Below, one piece after another: positions 55,789 to 64,000 of a DNA stretch of 64,000 bases. The notes beneath the pieces were generated by a model that saw only the letters and a program-made list of their open reading frames with translations, was not told where the DNA came from and did no database searches. The number at the start of each line of letters is the position of its first letter. The first letter of the stretch is position 1. The DNA comes from Candidatus Omnitrophota bacterium (GTDB lineage: Bacteria; Omnitrophota; Gorgyraeia; Zapsychrales; Zapsychraceae): NCBI GenBank assembly GCA_020429915.1, contig JAGQKV010000026.1, positions 2,217 through 66,216 of the forward strand. Reading direction: 5' to 3'. The position numbers were made by a program, and so were the translations under genes.

Positions 55789-57774
55789 ATGAAAAATCAC
55801 ACTCTTATTTTCCTGGCTATTCTGGTGGCAGCATGGCCGGCTCCGGTCACCGCGGCGGAAGACGCCAGCGTCGAACAGATGATGGAAATGTCGCTGGAGG
55901 AATTGCTGGACATCACGGTGACATCGGCAGGCGGCCGCGAACAAAGGATGAAAGAGGTGTCGCACGCGATGTTCGTTATCTCGCGCGAAGACATCGAACG
56001 CTCCGGCGCGCGCAACGTGCCGGACCTGCTGGAAAAGGTCCCCGGGATGCATGTGCAGAGTATCGACGCCAACCGGTATCAGGTGTCCATCCGTGGGGTC
56101 CCTGACCTGGCAACTTTCAATTTGCTGGTGCTGGTCGACGGCGTGATTGTGTACAATCCGATCTTCAACGGGACGGTGTGGGAATCGATTTACGTGTCCC
56201 TGGACGAGATCGATCGCATTGAAGTCATCCGCGGCCCGGGAGGAGTGCTATACTCACAAAACTCGGTCAACGGGGTTATCAACATTATTACACGAGCGGC
56301 CACCGACACGGAAAACTATGTGAGCCTGCGCGCCGGGAACTTTGATTACCGCAGCGCCGTGTTCGGGGCTGGCCATCAAAACGATAAACTTTCCGTACGA
56401 ACATACGGTGACTTCAGTTTCGACAACGGATATGACAAAATCCGTTCGGTGGGCCGCCTGAACAACCGGGCTGAAGAGGAGGCCGCCGGTTTCAAGGTCC
56501 AGTATGACTTCACTCCGGACCGCAAGCTGGTCCTGGACGGGAAATACAAGAACTTCGACGGGAACAATCGCGGGATCCTGGGAATGTCCCAGGGGAAATG
56601 GCAGGCGGAGATGTACGGCGGGTCCGCACGGTTCGACCAAAGGGTCGACGACCGCTACGACTATTTTGCCAAGTTAGATGTGATTCAACATACGTTTTCG
56701 TTTCTATCGACGCATGACAGCGATGTCGTCGCCTTCAGCGGTCTGACTCAGCACAATCTCCATTACGACCTGGCCGGCCGGCACATAGCTTCGCTCGGTG
56801 CCGAGTTGCGCTTCAGCCAGGCCAATACCAACAAGCTGGTCTTTCCGGCGCCCGCCGCCGATGCGCAGCGGTCACAGCGGGTGCTCAGTTACTTTATTCA
56901 GGATGAGTATCGGCCGGCGGACAAATGGATCATCACGCCCGGATTGCGTGTTAATTCCAACGATATGGTCCCGGACCACGTCGATAAGTATTTGTTGGAA
57001 CCGCGGCTGGCGGTGTTGTACAAGCTTCATCCCAAACACAGCCTGTTGGTATCGGGAGGGCGCAGCTATCGCACGCCGAGCATGGTCGAGCGTTTTTCAC
57101 AGCTGCCGCTGCAGGGAGGGCTTACTTACGCGGGAACGCCCGATCTCGAACCCGAACGGATCCATAATTATGAAATCGGCTGGCGCGGACTGATGCTGGA
57201 GGACCGGTTGAGTCTCAATGCCACCGCCTTCAAGCGCAAGACCACCAATCTTCAGATCATTACCGAACTCCAGGGGACCAGTTTCCTGTTTGACAATAAC
57301 GGCAAGATGACGAGCACCGGCCTGGAACTTGATGGTCAATATTCTTGGAACGAACGCCTCACGCTGTACGGGGATTATACTTATCTGCATCAGCAAACTT
57401 ATCCGGACAACAACGCTCAATACTATTACTTCGATTTTCTGGAGCAGAAGTTCTCCAAGCATCAGATCGGATTGGGATTACGCTGGACCAAGGACCGCTG
57501 GAAATGCGACTTTTACGTTAAGTGGCATGAAGGATTCCGCCAGCCGGCCAGTGTCGACGGTTTGCTTTCCCCGTTGTCGGAGGAGTATTCGGATTACATC
57601 AAGACCAAGATCCGGATCGCTTATGCCTTTGCCTTTCCCGGCCTGCACATGGATGCCGACGACGCCGAGCTGGAACTGGTGATTAATGACCTGTTCGGCG
57701 ACAATATCAATGAATCCGAGGCGAATTATTATCGCGAGCCCGATGTGTGGCTGGGGTTGAAGGTGAAATTCTAA
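55789..57774 (+). CDS. TonB-dependent receptor (paralog A, 661 aa)
   Basis: Signal peptide, plug motifs and a C-terminal Phe (LGLKVKF). Confidence 0.85.
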   Translation: MKNHTLIFLAILVAAWPAPVTAAEDASVEQMMEMSLEELLDITVTSAGGREQRMKEVSHAMFVISREDIERSGARNVPDLLEKVPGMHVQSIDANRYQVSIRGVPDLATFNLLVLVDGVIVYNPIFNGTVWESIYVSLDEIDRIEVIRGPGGVLYSQNSVNGVINIITRAATDTENYVSLRAGNFDYRSAVFGAGHQNDKLSVRTYGDFSFDNGYDKIRSVGRLNNRAEEEAAGFKVQYDFTPDRKLVLDGKYKNFDGNNRGILGMSQGKWQAEMYGGSARFDQRVDDRYDYFAKLDVIQHTFSFLSTHDSDVVAFSGLTQHNLHYDLAGRHIASLGAELRFSQANTNKLVFPAPAADAQRSQRVLSYFIQDEYRPADKWIITPGLRVNSNDMVPDHVDKYLLEPRLAVLYKLHPKHSLLVSGGRSYRTPSMVERFSQLPLQGGLTYAGTPDLEPERIHNYEIGWRGLMLEDRLSLNATAFKRKTTNLQIITELQGTSFLFDNNGKMTSTGLELDGQYSWNERLTLYGDYTYLHQQTYPDNNAQYYYFDFLEQKFSKHQIGLGLRWTKDRWKCDFYVKWHEGFRQPASVDGLLSPLSEEYSDYIKTKIRIAYAFAFPGLHMDADDAELELVINDLFGDNINESEANYYREPDVWLGLKVKF

Positions 57775-57852
57775 TATCCGCGTACGGATGTTACGTAAGT
57801 CCATTGCCGTTCTGTATAAATTGCAATTAGCATATTCCCTTGGGGAGGTGTA

Positions 57853-59838
57853 ATGAACCTTCGTATCCTTTTGCTTGTGGTTGCCTTGCTGTGGACGGGA
57901 GGGGGGCCGGCTTGGGCTGGTGATGACGCCAGCGTTGAGCAGATGATGGAGATGTCGCTGGAAGAATTGCTGAACATCACGGTGACATCCGCGGGCGGCC
58001 GCGAGCAGAAGATGAAGGAGGTGTCGCACGCAATGTTCGTTATTTGGCGCGAGGACATCGAGCGTTCCGGCGCGCGCAACGTGCCGGATCTGCTGGAAAG
58101 GGTCCCGGGGATGCATGTTCAGAGCGTGGACGCTAATCGCTACAACGTCTCCATTCGCGGAGTGCCCGACGCCGGAGTCTTCAATCTGTTGGTTTTGGTG
58201 GACGGGGTCATTGTGTTTAATCCCATGTATAACGGGACTCTGTGGCAATCCGTCTACGTGACGCTGGATGAGATCGAACGCATCGAAATCATCCGCGGGC
58301 CCGGCGGGGTGTTGTATTCCTCCAATGCGGTCAATGGTGTCATCAATATTATTACCAAACCGGCGACGTCAAACGAAAATCACGTGACGATGCGGACGGG
58401 TAATCTCGATTACCGCAACGCCGCCTTCGGCGTCGGACACCGGCGCGACAAACTGTCGGTACGCACATTCGCGGACTTCAGTTACGACCGTGGCTACGAT
58501 AAGGTTAAGGGTGTCGGGGATGTGTCCGACCGCTCCGATGAAGAATCGGCCGGCTTCAAGGCGCAATATGATTTCAATGAAGACCGGAAAGTGGTGCTCG
58601 ATGCGAAGTACAAGGGTTTTGACGGAGATAATCGCGGTATTTTAGGCGCAAGCCAAGGCAAGTATCAAGAGAAAATGTACGGGGCTTCACTCAGGTTCGA
58701 CCACAAGGTCAGCGACAGCTATGACTACTTCGGTAAGCTCGATATTATCCAGCACACATGGTCGTTGGTCACGACCCATGACAGCGATATCCTTTCATTT
58801 AGCGGTCAAACCCAGCACAATTACCGCTTTATGTTCATTGGGGATCATATTTTGTCGGCCGGAGCGGAACTGCGCTTCAATCGCGCAAATATCGGCGCGC
58901 AGACATTTCCCCGGCCGTATGCCAATCCTCATGAGTCACAGCGGGTCCTCAGCTATTTTGTGCAAGACGAATACCGTCCGGGAAGCAAATGGATTATAAC
59001 GCCGGGGCTGCGCGTCAATTCTAATCAAATGATTCCGGACAGCCTCGATACCTATTTGCTCGAGCCGCGCCTGGCCGTCGTCTACGAAATCAATAAGCAA
59101 CACAATCTGCGTCTCGCCGCCACACGCAGCTACCGCACGCCAAGTATGGCCGAACGTTATATCAGGGTCGATCTCGGAGGAGGGATTTTCTATCAGGGTA
59201 GTCCTGATATTGAACCGGAACGGGTGCATACTTTTGAAGCGGGCTGGCGGGGGCTCATGCTCGATGATCGGCTCAGCCTAAATGCGGACGTTTTCCTTAT
59301 GAAGGTTCGGGATGCGTTGATCATCACGGATCTCGAGTTTCCCAATATCAACTTTGAAACCAACGGTGATATGAAGGTCAGCGGCTTCGAAATGGACGGG
59401 CAGTATGCACTGAACGAACAGTGGAGCGTCTACGGCGATTACACTTACCTGAACAACAAAACCGACGCCGACCACAACAGCCAGTACTACGCCTTCAAAC
59501 TCAAGGAACAAAAATACTCCAGGCATCAGCTGGGTATGGGGCTGCGCTGGACCAGGAGCCGGTTGAAACTGGATGCTTACGTAAAGTGGCTCGACGGCTA
59601 CACGCATCCGGCGAGCCTAGACGGCGTACTGCATCCGGTGAACGTCGAGTTTCCCTGTTTCTTTAAAACCAAGTTCCGCATCGCCTACGCGTTTAAGATG
59701 CCCGGTTTTGATATGGATGATTATGATGCCGAAGCGGAACTGGTCGTCAATGATGTCATCGGGGCGAATACGATAGAGGCCGAATCACTGTATTACCGCG
59801 AACCTGATGTGTGGCTGGGATTGAAGGTGAAATTCTAG
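57853..59838 (+). CDS. TonB-dependent receptor (paralog B, 661 aa, tandem duplicate of paralog A)
   Basis: Same length as paralog A. Long identical stretches (DASVEQMMEMSLEELL, ARNVPDLLE, YREPDVWLGLKVKF). Confidence 0.85.
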   Translation: MNLRILLLVVALLWTGGGPAWAGDDASVEQMMEMSLEELLNITVTSAGGREQKMKEVSHAMFVIWREDIERSGARNVPDLLERVPGMHVQSVDANRYNVSIRGVPDAGVFNLLVLVDGVIVFNPMYNGTLWQSVYVTLDEIERIEIIRGPGGVLYSSNAVNGVINIITKPATSNENHVTMRTGNLDYRNAAFGVGHRRDKLSVRTFADFSYDRGYDKVKGVGDVSDRSDEESAGFKAQYDFNEDRKVVLDAKYKGFDGDNRGILGASQGKYQEKMYGASLRFDHKVSDSYDYFGKLDIIQHTWSLVTTHDSDILSFSGQTQHNYRFMFIGDHILSAGAELRFNRANIGAQTFPRPYANPHESQRVLSYFVQDEYRPGSKWIITPGLRVNSNQMIPDSLDTYLLEPRLAVVYEINKQHNLRLAATRSYRTPSMAERYIRVDLGGGIFYQGSPDIEPERVHTFEAGWRGLMLDDRLSLNADVFLMKVRDALIITDLEFPNINFETNGDMKVSGFEMDGQYALNEQWSVYGDYTYLNNKTDADHNSQYYAFKLKEQKYSRHQLGMGLRWTRSRLKLDAYVKWLDGYTHPASLDGVLHPVNVEFPCFFKTKFRIAYAFKMPGFDMDDYDAEAELVVNDVIGANTIEAESLYYREPDVWLGLKVKF

Positions 59839-60070
59839 CGGCATAACTTTTTTGTATCAGAAACTTACCCAAGTGAAACTTTTTCCGTGCCGGGTTGTCT
59901 AAGCGACAAATGGCCGGAAAAACACGTCCCCTCAACTGCAAACAACCTCCCAGACTGAGAAAAATGACCGTTCCGCGCTTTTTGCCCCGCGGGCCCCGGT
60001 TTTCCGTCCATCCGAAACTCAAGTTACAACACTTTAAATTTCAACGCTTTATCAAACAAAGGAGTCTGTC

Positions 60071-60652
60071 ATGAAACATTCACGCTTTATTCTGATCCTC
60101 ACGGTGATCGCCTTCGCCGCCGTACCCGCGTCCACCGCTCTGGCCGGTCAAGGCGGCCGAGATGGCTGTCCGGGCTATGGCTTGAACGGCAAGGGCTTTG
60201 ACGGTCACGGCCGCGGCCACGGTCAGCGCCGTGGCAAACGGGACAAGGGTATGGACGGCATGCTCTATGCCAAGACCCATTTTCTCCTTAAACATCAAGA
60301 TGAGCTGGGACTGAGCGAAGACCAGGTGAAGCAGATCAAGAAGCTGAAACTCTCCACCAAGAAGGCGGTCATCGCCAAAGAGGCCGAGATCGATATCGTC
60401 ACGGTCGACCTGCACGCCGTCCTTTGGGAAGAATCCCCGGATGCCGCCGCGGTCCGCTCCCTGGTCTCCAAGAAGTACGACCTTAAAAAGGAAAAGGCAC
60501 TGACCGTCACCGACGCCTTCCTGCAGCTGAAGACGGTTTTGACCGCCGAACAAAAGGAGAAGGCCAAGGCGGTTTGGAAGAAGAAACGGGACGGTCAGCG
60601 CAAGTTCCGCCAGATGCCTTCCGCCATGCCCGAACCGATGAACGACGAATAA
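60071..60652 (+). CDS. Spy/CpxP/ZraP-like periplasmic LTxxQ-motif protein
   Basis: Signal peptide, Gly/His-rich stretch, then helical regions with LSEDQVKQIKKL and LTAEQKEKAKAV (LTxxQ-type). Confidence 0.55.
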   Translation: MKHSRFILILTVIAFAAVPASTALAGQGGRDGCPGYGLNGKGFDGHGRGHGQRRGKRDKGMDGMLYAKTHFLLKHQDELGLSEDQVKQIKKLKLSTKKAVIAKEAEIDIVTVDLHAVLWEESPDAAAVRSLVSKKYDLKKEKALTVTDAFLQLKTVLTAEQKEKAKAVWKKKRDGQRKFRQMPSAMPEPMNDE

Positions 60653-60941
60653 TCCGCCGTTAAAAATCAGTCATTGATAAAAAGTGCAAAGAGGACAGTC
60701 CCGCGGGGCTGTCCTCTTTTCTGGTGAGATGTTTCCCGCCATGCAGCTCCGTGAAATCAAACAACGGGCAGAATCCTCATTAACTCATATACTCATCTAC
60801 ATAGGTCGCAACCTGTGGTTGCGACCTTTCTCATCATATTTTAATGTTCCCTTAATCTTCTCTTAATCTACGCTTTGCTACACTGCCACTCAGTTGGTTG
60901 ACGCAAACAACGGATAATCACCAACCTAAAAAAGGAGGTAT

Positions 60942-61274
60942 GTGATGAAAACGTTAATGGGTATCACCCTGCTGGCCCTGATCATCGGATTGGCTGCGCC
61001 GTCATTCGCTTTCTTCGGCCTGCCGGAAACGGTGGAGGGGACGGTCGAGGAGGTCGATGAAGACATCCTGGCCGTGCACACGGTCAAGGGGAACACGGAG
61101 AAGATCATCCAGATCCTGCTGGGGCCGGAGACCGAATACACTGACATAGCGGCCGCGGACGAGCTCAAGCCCGGCGATGTGGTTCAAATCAAATACAAAG
61201 AAAAGGACGGCGACCGCATCGCCGTCTCCGTGACGAAGATCGCGGCGAAGGTGTCGAGGGAGTTGAAGATTTAG
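60942..61274 (+). CDS. Small exported protein of unknown function
   Basis: Signal peptide MMKTLMGITLLALIIGLAAPSFA. RBS AAAGGAGG upstream. Confidence 0.5.
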   Translation: MMKTLMGITLLALIIGLAAPSFAFFGLPETVEGTVEEVDEDILAVHTVKGNTEKIIQILLGPETEYTDIAAADELKPGDVVQIKYKEKDGDRIAVSVTKIAAKVSRELKI

Positions 61275-61285
61275 TTCCTGTGAAC

Positions 61286-61420
61286 GTGAGTCGGGATAAG
61301 GGATACGGGATAAGTGATAGGAACAGTTTACCGCCGTTTCACCGGAGTAGGCCCGGGAGGCAAACCTGATTTGCCGCAGACTGTTCTTATCCCGTATCAC
61401 GTATCCCTTATCCCGTTAGA
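61286..61420. repeat. Inverted pair of GGGATAA-type heptamer repeats (CGGGATA AGGGATA CGGGATA AGTGATA ... TTATCCC GTATCAC GTATCCC TTATCCC)
   Basis: The arms at 61286-61325 and 61388-61418 flank about 60 nt. Located upstream of the response-regulator gene. Confidence 0.6.
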
Positions 61421-61433
61421 AAAGGAGCGCATC

Positions 61434-61796
61434 ATGAAGAAAAGAATCCTCATTGTCGACGACGAAGAACGGATCCGTAAGGTCTACAAACGCTTCCTGT
61501 ACGCCGTCAGCATCAAGCTGTACGACGTCACCGACACAGCCGATGCCGAGGAGGCCACCGAATGCCTGATCCGCCACCAGTTCGACCTGGTGATCCTCGA
61601 TCTGCGTATGGCCGGTGTGGACGGCCGGGAGCTGTTTGCGATCATCAAGGAATGTAACCCGCAGCAGAAGGTGATCGTGGCCAGCGTCTATCCCATCGAC
61701 CGACAAAGGCGCATGGTGCCGGCCGCCGACGACTACTTTGACAAGGCCGACGGCCCGATCAGGCTGCTGGAGGCGGTTACGCGGAATATGGCTTGA
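61434..61796 (+). CDS. Single-domain response regulator receiver
   Basis: RBS AAAGGAG. ILIVDDEE, LVILDLRMAGVDG. A start at 61434 is preferred over the track start at 61314, which runs through a repeat hairpin. Confidence 0.75.
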   Translation: MKKRILIVDDEERIRKVYKRFLYAVSIKLYDVTDTADAEEATECLIRHQFDLVILDLRMAGVDGRELFAIIKECNPQQKVIVASVYPIDRQRRMVPAADDYFDKADGPIRLLEAVTRNMA

Positions 61797-61815
61797 GAGG
61801 CCGAGGCGGTGGGAA

Positions 61816-61975
61816 GGAAATTTAGTGGTGATTAGTGATTGGTGATTAGGGATTTGGGATTATGCCCGTTGGTCTATTTTGGCATTAGGGTATGAATCAA
61901 GGGTGGCACCCTGCTTAACCAATCAAGGTCGATAATTCAAATCCCCAATCCCTAATCACCAATCCCAAATAAGCA
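61816..61975. repeat. Inverted pair of GGTGATT-type heptamer repeats (GGTGATT AGTGATT GGTGATT AGGGATT TGGGATT ... AATCCCC AATCCCT AATCACC AATCCCA)
   Basis: The arms at 61816-61860 and 61932-61975 are separated by about 70 nt. Confidence 0.6.
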
Positions 61976-62290
61976 CTTCCTTGGCACCAAATATCTTTAC
62001 GCAAATTTCACAATTCTCCTCTTTACTCGACGGTAGTCCGGGATTATACTGATATCAAATCGTAGGCGCACCGGGGTTTTTAGCCATCCCGGCCGGCAGC
62101 CCTTTGTTGGTCCATCCCATTGCCGGAATAAGTCGCGCGCCGTATTTCCTGATCAATACCAATTGAATTCCGGAAACCTGCCCCTGGGTCACCGAGGGAT
62201 ATTCCTCTGTCCGCGGCCGTGTTTCCGGTCCCGAATACCGATTAACACAGATTTGTATCTGGTTTTTCACCTTCACGGAGGAGGACCATT

Positions 62291-62521
62291 ATGAGTGATT
62301 TACTTTGGATGAACATGCAATTGTCCGACCGCTGTGTCTCCCGGATGCTGGAAGAAGAGACGCAAACGCAGGAAGACAACAAGACCCTTTTCGAGATGCT
62401 GGCCGAGACCTACTTGGCGCCGTTCCAGCACAAAAGCGCTCCGGGCCGGGGCAAGGCTGCCAAGCGCATATTCGGTGATACGCCGGGAAGTTTCGGCGGC
62501 CGCGACAGATCACAGTGGTGA
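62291..62521 (+). CDS. Hypothetical small protein (76 aa)
   Basis: RBS GGAGGAGG 6 nt upstream of the ATG. No recognisable motif. Confidence 0.35.
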   Translation: MSDLLWMNMQLSDRCVSRMLEEETQTQEDNKTLFEMLAETYLAPFQHKSAPGRGKAAKRIFGDTPGSFGGRDRSQW

Positions 62522-62635
62522 CCGCGCGGGACACTTTTATTCCCGGGGACAAGTTCCGGCCGGACGTGTGTCGGGTCGATTTCCGGTAAAATCCGGGACG
62601 GGACGCTGATTATGGACTATAATGCCTGAAATGCA

Positions 62636-62797
62636 GCGGATAGCGTCTAGCGGTTGGGGTTGAGTAAGGGGGCAGCAATTAGGAAACAGTGAAATTGGGG
62701 AATAAACATTCCAGCCTCGTCAGTACTAACCACTCATCCCTAACCCCGAAATGGTGCCTCCTGAAACTAACCGCTAGCCGCTAAACGCTAACCGCTA
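62636..62797. repeat. Inverted pair of TAGCGGT-type heptamer repeats (GCGGATAGCGTCTAGCGGTTGGGGTT ... AACCGCTAGCCGCTAAACGCTAACCGCTAG)
   Basis: The arms flank about 100 nt. Related short copies occur at 45145-45170, 49699-49723 and 52518-52543. Confidence 0.6.
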
Positions 62798-62811
62798 GAA
62801 ATAAGTGCATC

Positions 62812-64000
62812 ATGAGCGATAGTATTTCTCCCTTAAAGAAACTCGCCTTTACAGTCATCGCCGTCATCCTGGCGCTGGTCATTATCCTGTCCGTCAATGA
62901 AGTTGTTTTCCGAATCGTGCGCGGCGCCCCCAATCCGCTGGGGGCGACGACCCAGCAGACCATGACGTCGCTGTTCGAACCGGGGACCGTCATGAAGGAC
63001 AAGACCAATCAGTTCAACGAGTACAACTACACCGCGCATATCAACAGCCACGGTTACCGCGGCCCCGAGTTTGTCACGCCCAAGCCCGCTGGGGTCAAGC
63101 GTGTCATGCTCATCGGTGATTCGTTCACCTTCGGTGTAGGCGCCGACGATGACGAGACCATTCCTGCCTTGGTGGGCGAGCGTTTAAAGAAGATCGATCC
63201 GGCGGTGGAGGTAATCAACGCCGGGGTCGGTCATGCCTCACCGATTTATCACTGGGTGAACCTGCAGAATTTTCATCTGAAACACCAGCCCGACATCGTG
63301 GTCCTGCTCCTGGACCTGACCGACATCCAGGACGACTGGCGGCATGAGGGGCAGGCCCGCTACGACAAGAAGGGGAATATCAAGGCCTTCGACGTCACCT
63401 ATGAAAACGGTAAGTGGTCGTGGTGGCGCTGGCTGACCTTTTATTGCGCCAGCTGGCTGCAGTTCGACAAGAAGGTGCTGCGGTCGTTCGAGAAGAAAAA
63501 CATCATCGGCTGGGAAAAGTACAAGGAGCTGAAGAAAGAAGGCATCCGCTCCAAGGCCTACATCGTCAATATGGAAGAGGGGAGCCTGCCGGAGAAGAAG
63601 CTGCTGGAGTTCGACGGGCTGCTGTTCCTGCGCGGGAAGACGCGCGAGCGCCTGATCCGCAAACAGTTCAAGCGCACCGCCGGTTATCTCGACAAGATCA
63701 AGGCCGAGCTCGACGCGCGCGGGATCCCGCTGGTCCTGGTCGCGTATCCGTACGGGATTTACGTCGGGGCCGACGAGTGGAACGAGGGACGTTACACCTG
63801 GGGCTTCGACAAAGACCGGCTCTATACCGACCACCTGCCTTTTGAAATCATCGGCGAGTACGCGCAGTCGCGCGGTATTCCCTATATCAACACCACCCCC
63901 GCTCTGATTGCGGCCCGCAAGGATTCCCGGGAACCGTTCTATTTCAAATGGGACGGTCACATGACCCCGGCGGCGAATCGTATCGTGGCGGATGTGCTTG
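62812..64000 (+). CDS. SGNH/GDSL-family hydrolase (AlgX/AlgJ-like), 3'-truncated at the window end
   Basis: N-terminal TM anchor, GDSL block MLIGDSFTFGVG and catalytic DGHMTPAAN near the window end. The ORF has no stop within the window and is not in the track. The antisense ORF 63238-63960 is rejected. Confidence 0.7.
   Translation, partial: MSDSISPLKKLAFTVIAVILALVIILSVNEVVFRIVRGAPNPLGATTQQTMTSLFEPGTVMKDKTNQFNEYNYTAHINSHGYRGPEFVTPKPAGVKRVMLIGDSFTFGVGADDDETIPALVGERLKKIDPAVEVINAGVGHASPIYHWVNLQNFHLKHQPDIVVLLLDLTDIQDDWRHEGQARYDKKGNIKAFDVTYENGKWSWWRWLTFYCASWLQFDKKVLRSFEKKNIIGWEKYKELKKEGIRSKAYIVNMEEGSLPEKKLLEFDGLLFLRGKTRERLIRKQFKRTAGYLDKIKAELDARGIPLVLVAYPYGIYVGADEWNEGRYTWGFDKDRLYTDHLPFEIIGEYAQSRGIPYINTTPALIAARKDSREPFYFKWDGHMTPAANRIVADVL

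Noticed and set aside
61981-62000. Possible sigma-54 promoter at TTGGCACCAAAT (61981) and TGGCACCCTGCTTAAC (61896)
   Set aside because: The GG element is present, but the GC element is missing at the required -12 spacing (no TTGC 5 nt after TGGCAC).
63238-63960. 240-aa minus-strand ORF near the window end
   Set aside because: It is antisense to a clear SGNH/GDSL hydrolase gene (GDSFTFG and DGHMTPAAN motifs on the + strand).
1-64000. rRNA, tRNA and CRISPR arrays
   Set aside because: No T-loop-like GGTTCGAATCC-type signatures or cloverleaf candidates in the intergenic regions. No regularly spaced identical direct repeats with unique spacers (the heptamer repeats are tandem with no spacers). 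No rRNA-like conserved blocks.

Overview
This is a high-GC bacterial chromosomal window of about 60% GC. It carries Gram-negative-type envelope genes (three TonB-dependent receptors, a Spy/CpxP-like protein) and has no rRNA, tRNA or CRISPR array. Positions 24-9860 are a single 3278-aa secreted DUF2341/LamG (MshQ-like) surface protein with about 21 tandem 68-aa repeats. Positions 9.9-34 kb hold housekeeping and redox genes: a gpx-bcp peroxidase pair, a fused hydantoinase/5-oxoprolinase translationally coupled to putA, two-component regulators, a YceI + FAD-oxidoreductase + type III PKS + UbiE-type methyltransferase operon (polyketide-quinone/alkylresorcinol-like), a small stress cluster (Lys-rich secreted protein, Pmp3/YqaE proteolipid, zinc-ribbon membrane protein), an HD-GYP phosphodiesterase, a TonB-dependent receptor and an orphan family-5 substrate-binding protein. 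The most notable locus lies at 35.7-44.0 kb, all on the + strand. It is a candidate novel RiPP cluster made of a 36-aa precursor micro-ORF, a hairpin, a radical SAM/SPASM maturase with an N-terminal RRE/PqqD-like domain, and an ABC exporter. This is followed by a sensor kinase, three response regulators (one AraC-type, one pseudo-receiver with Ser at the phospho-acceptor site) and four tightly packed small genes. A low-GC accessory island at 44.1-52.5 kb begins with an intact IS481-family element with a 6-bp target site duplication. Its four-gene + strand candidate defence operon is a DUF1016-SNase nuclease fusion, an HsdR_N-like PD-(D/E)xK nuclease, a minimal voltage-gated K+ channel and an NYN nuclease. 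The island continues with a GNAT/RHH (TacAT-like) toxin-antitoxin pair carrying an operator palindrome, and a HipBA module. The last 12 kb contain a YiiX-like hydrolase, a DUF4154-histidine kinase-tandemly duplicated TonB-receptor cluster, a Spy/CpxP-like protein, a single-domain response regulator and a 3'-truncated SGNH hydrolase gene. Many intergenic regions hold an unusual family of heptamer tandem repeats (TAGCGGT-, GTGATGA-, GGTGATT-, GGGATAA-type units) arranged as long imperfect inverted repeats.
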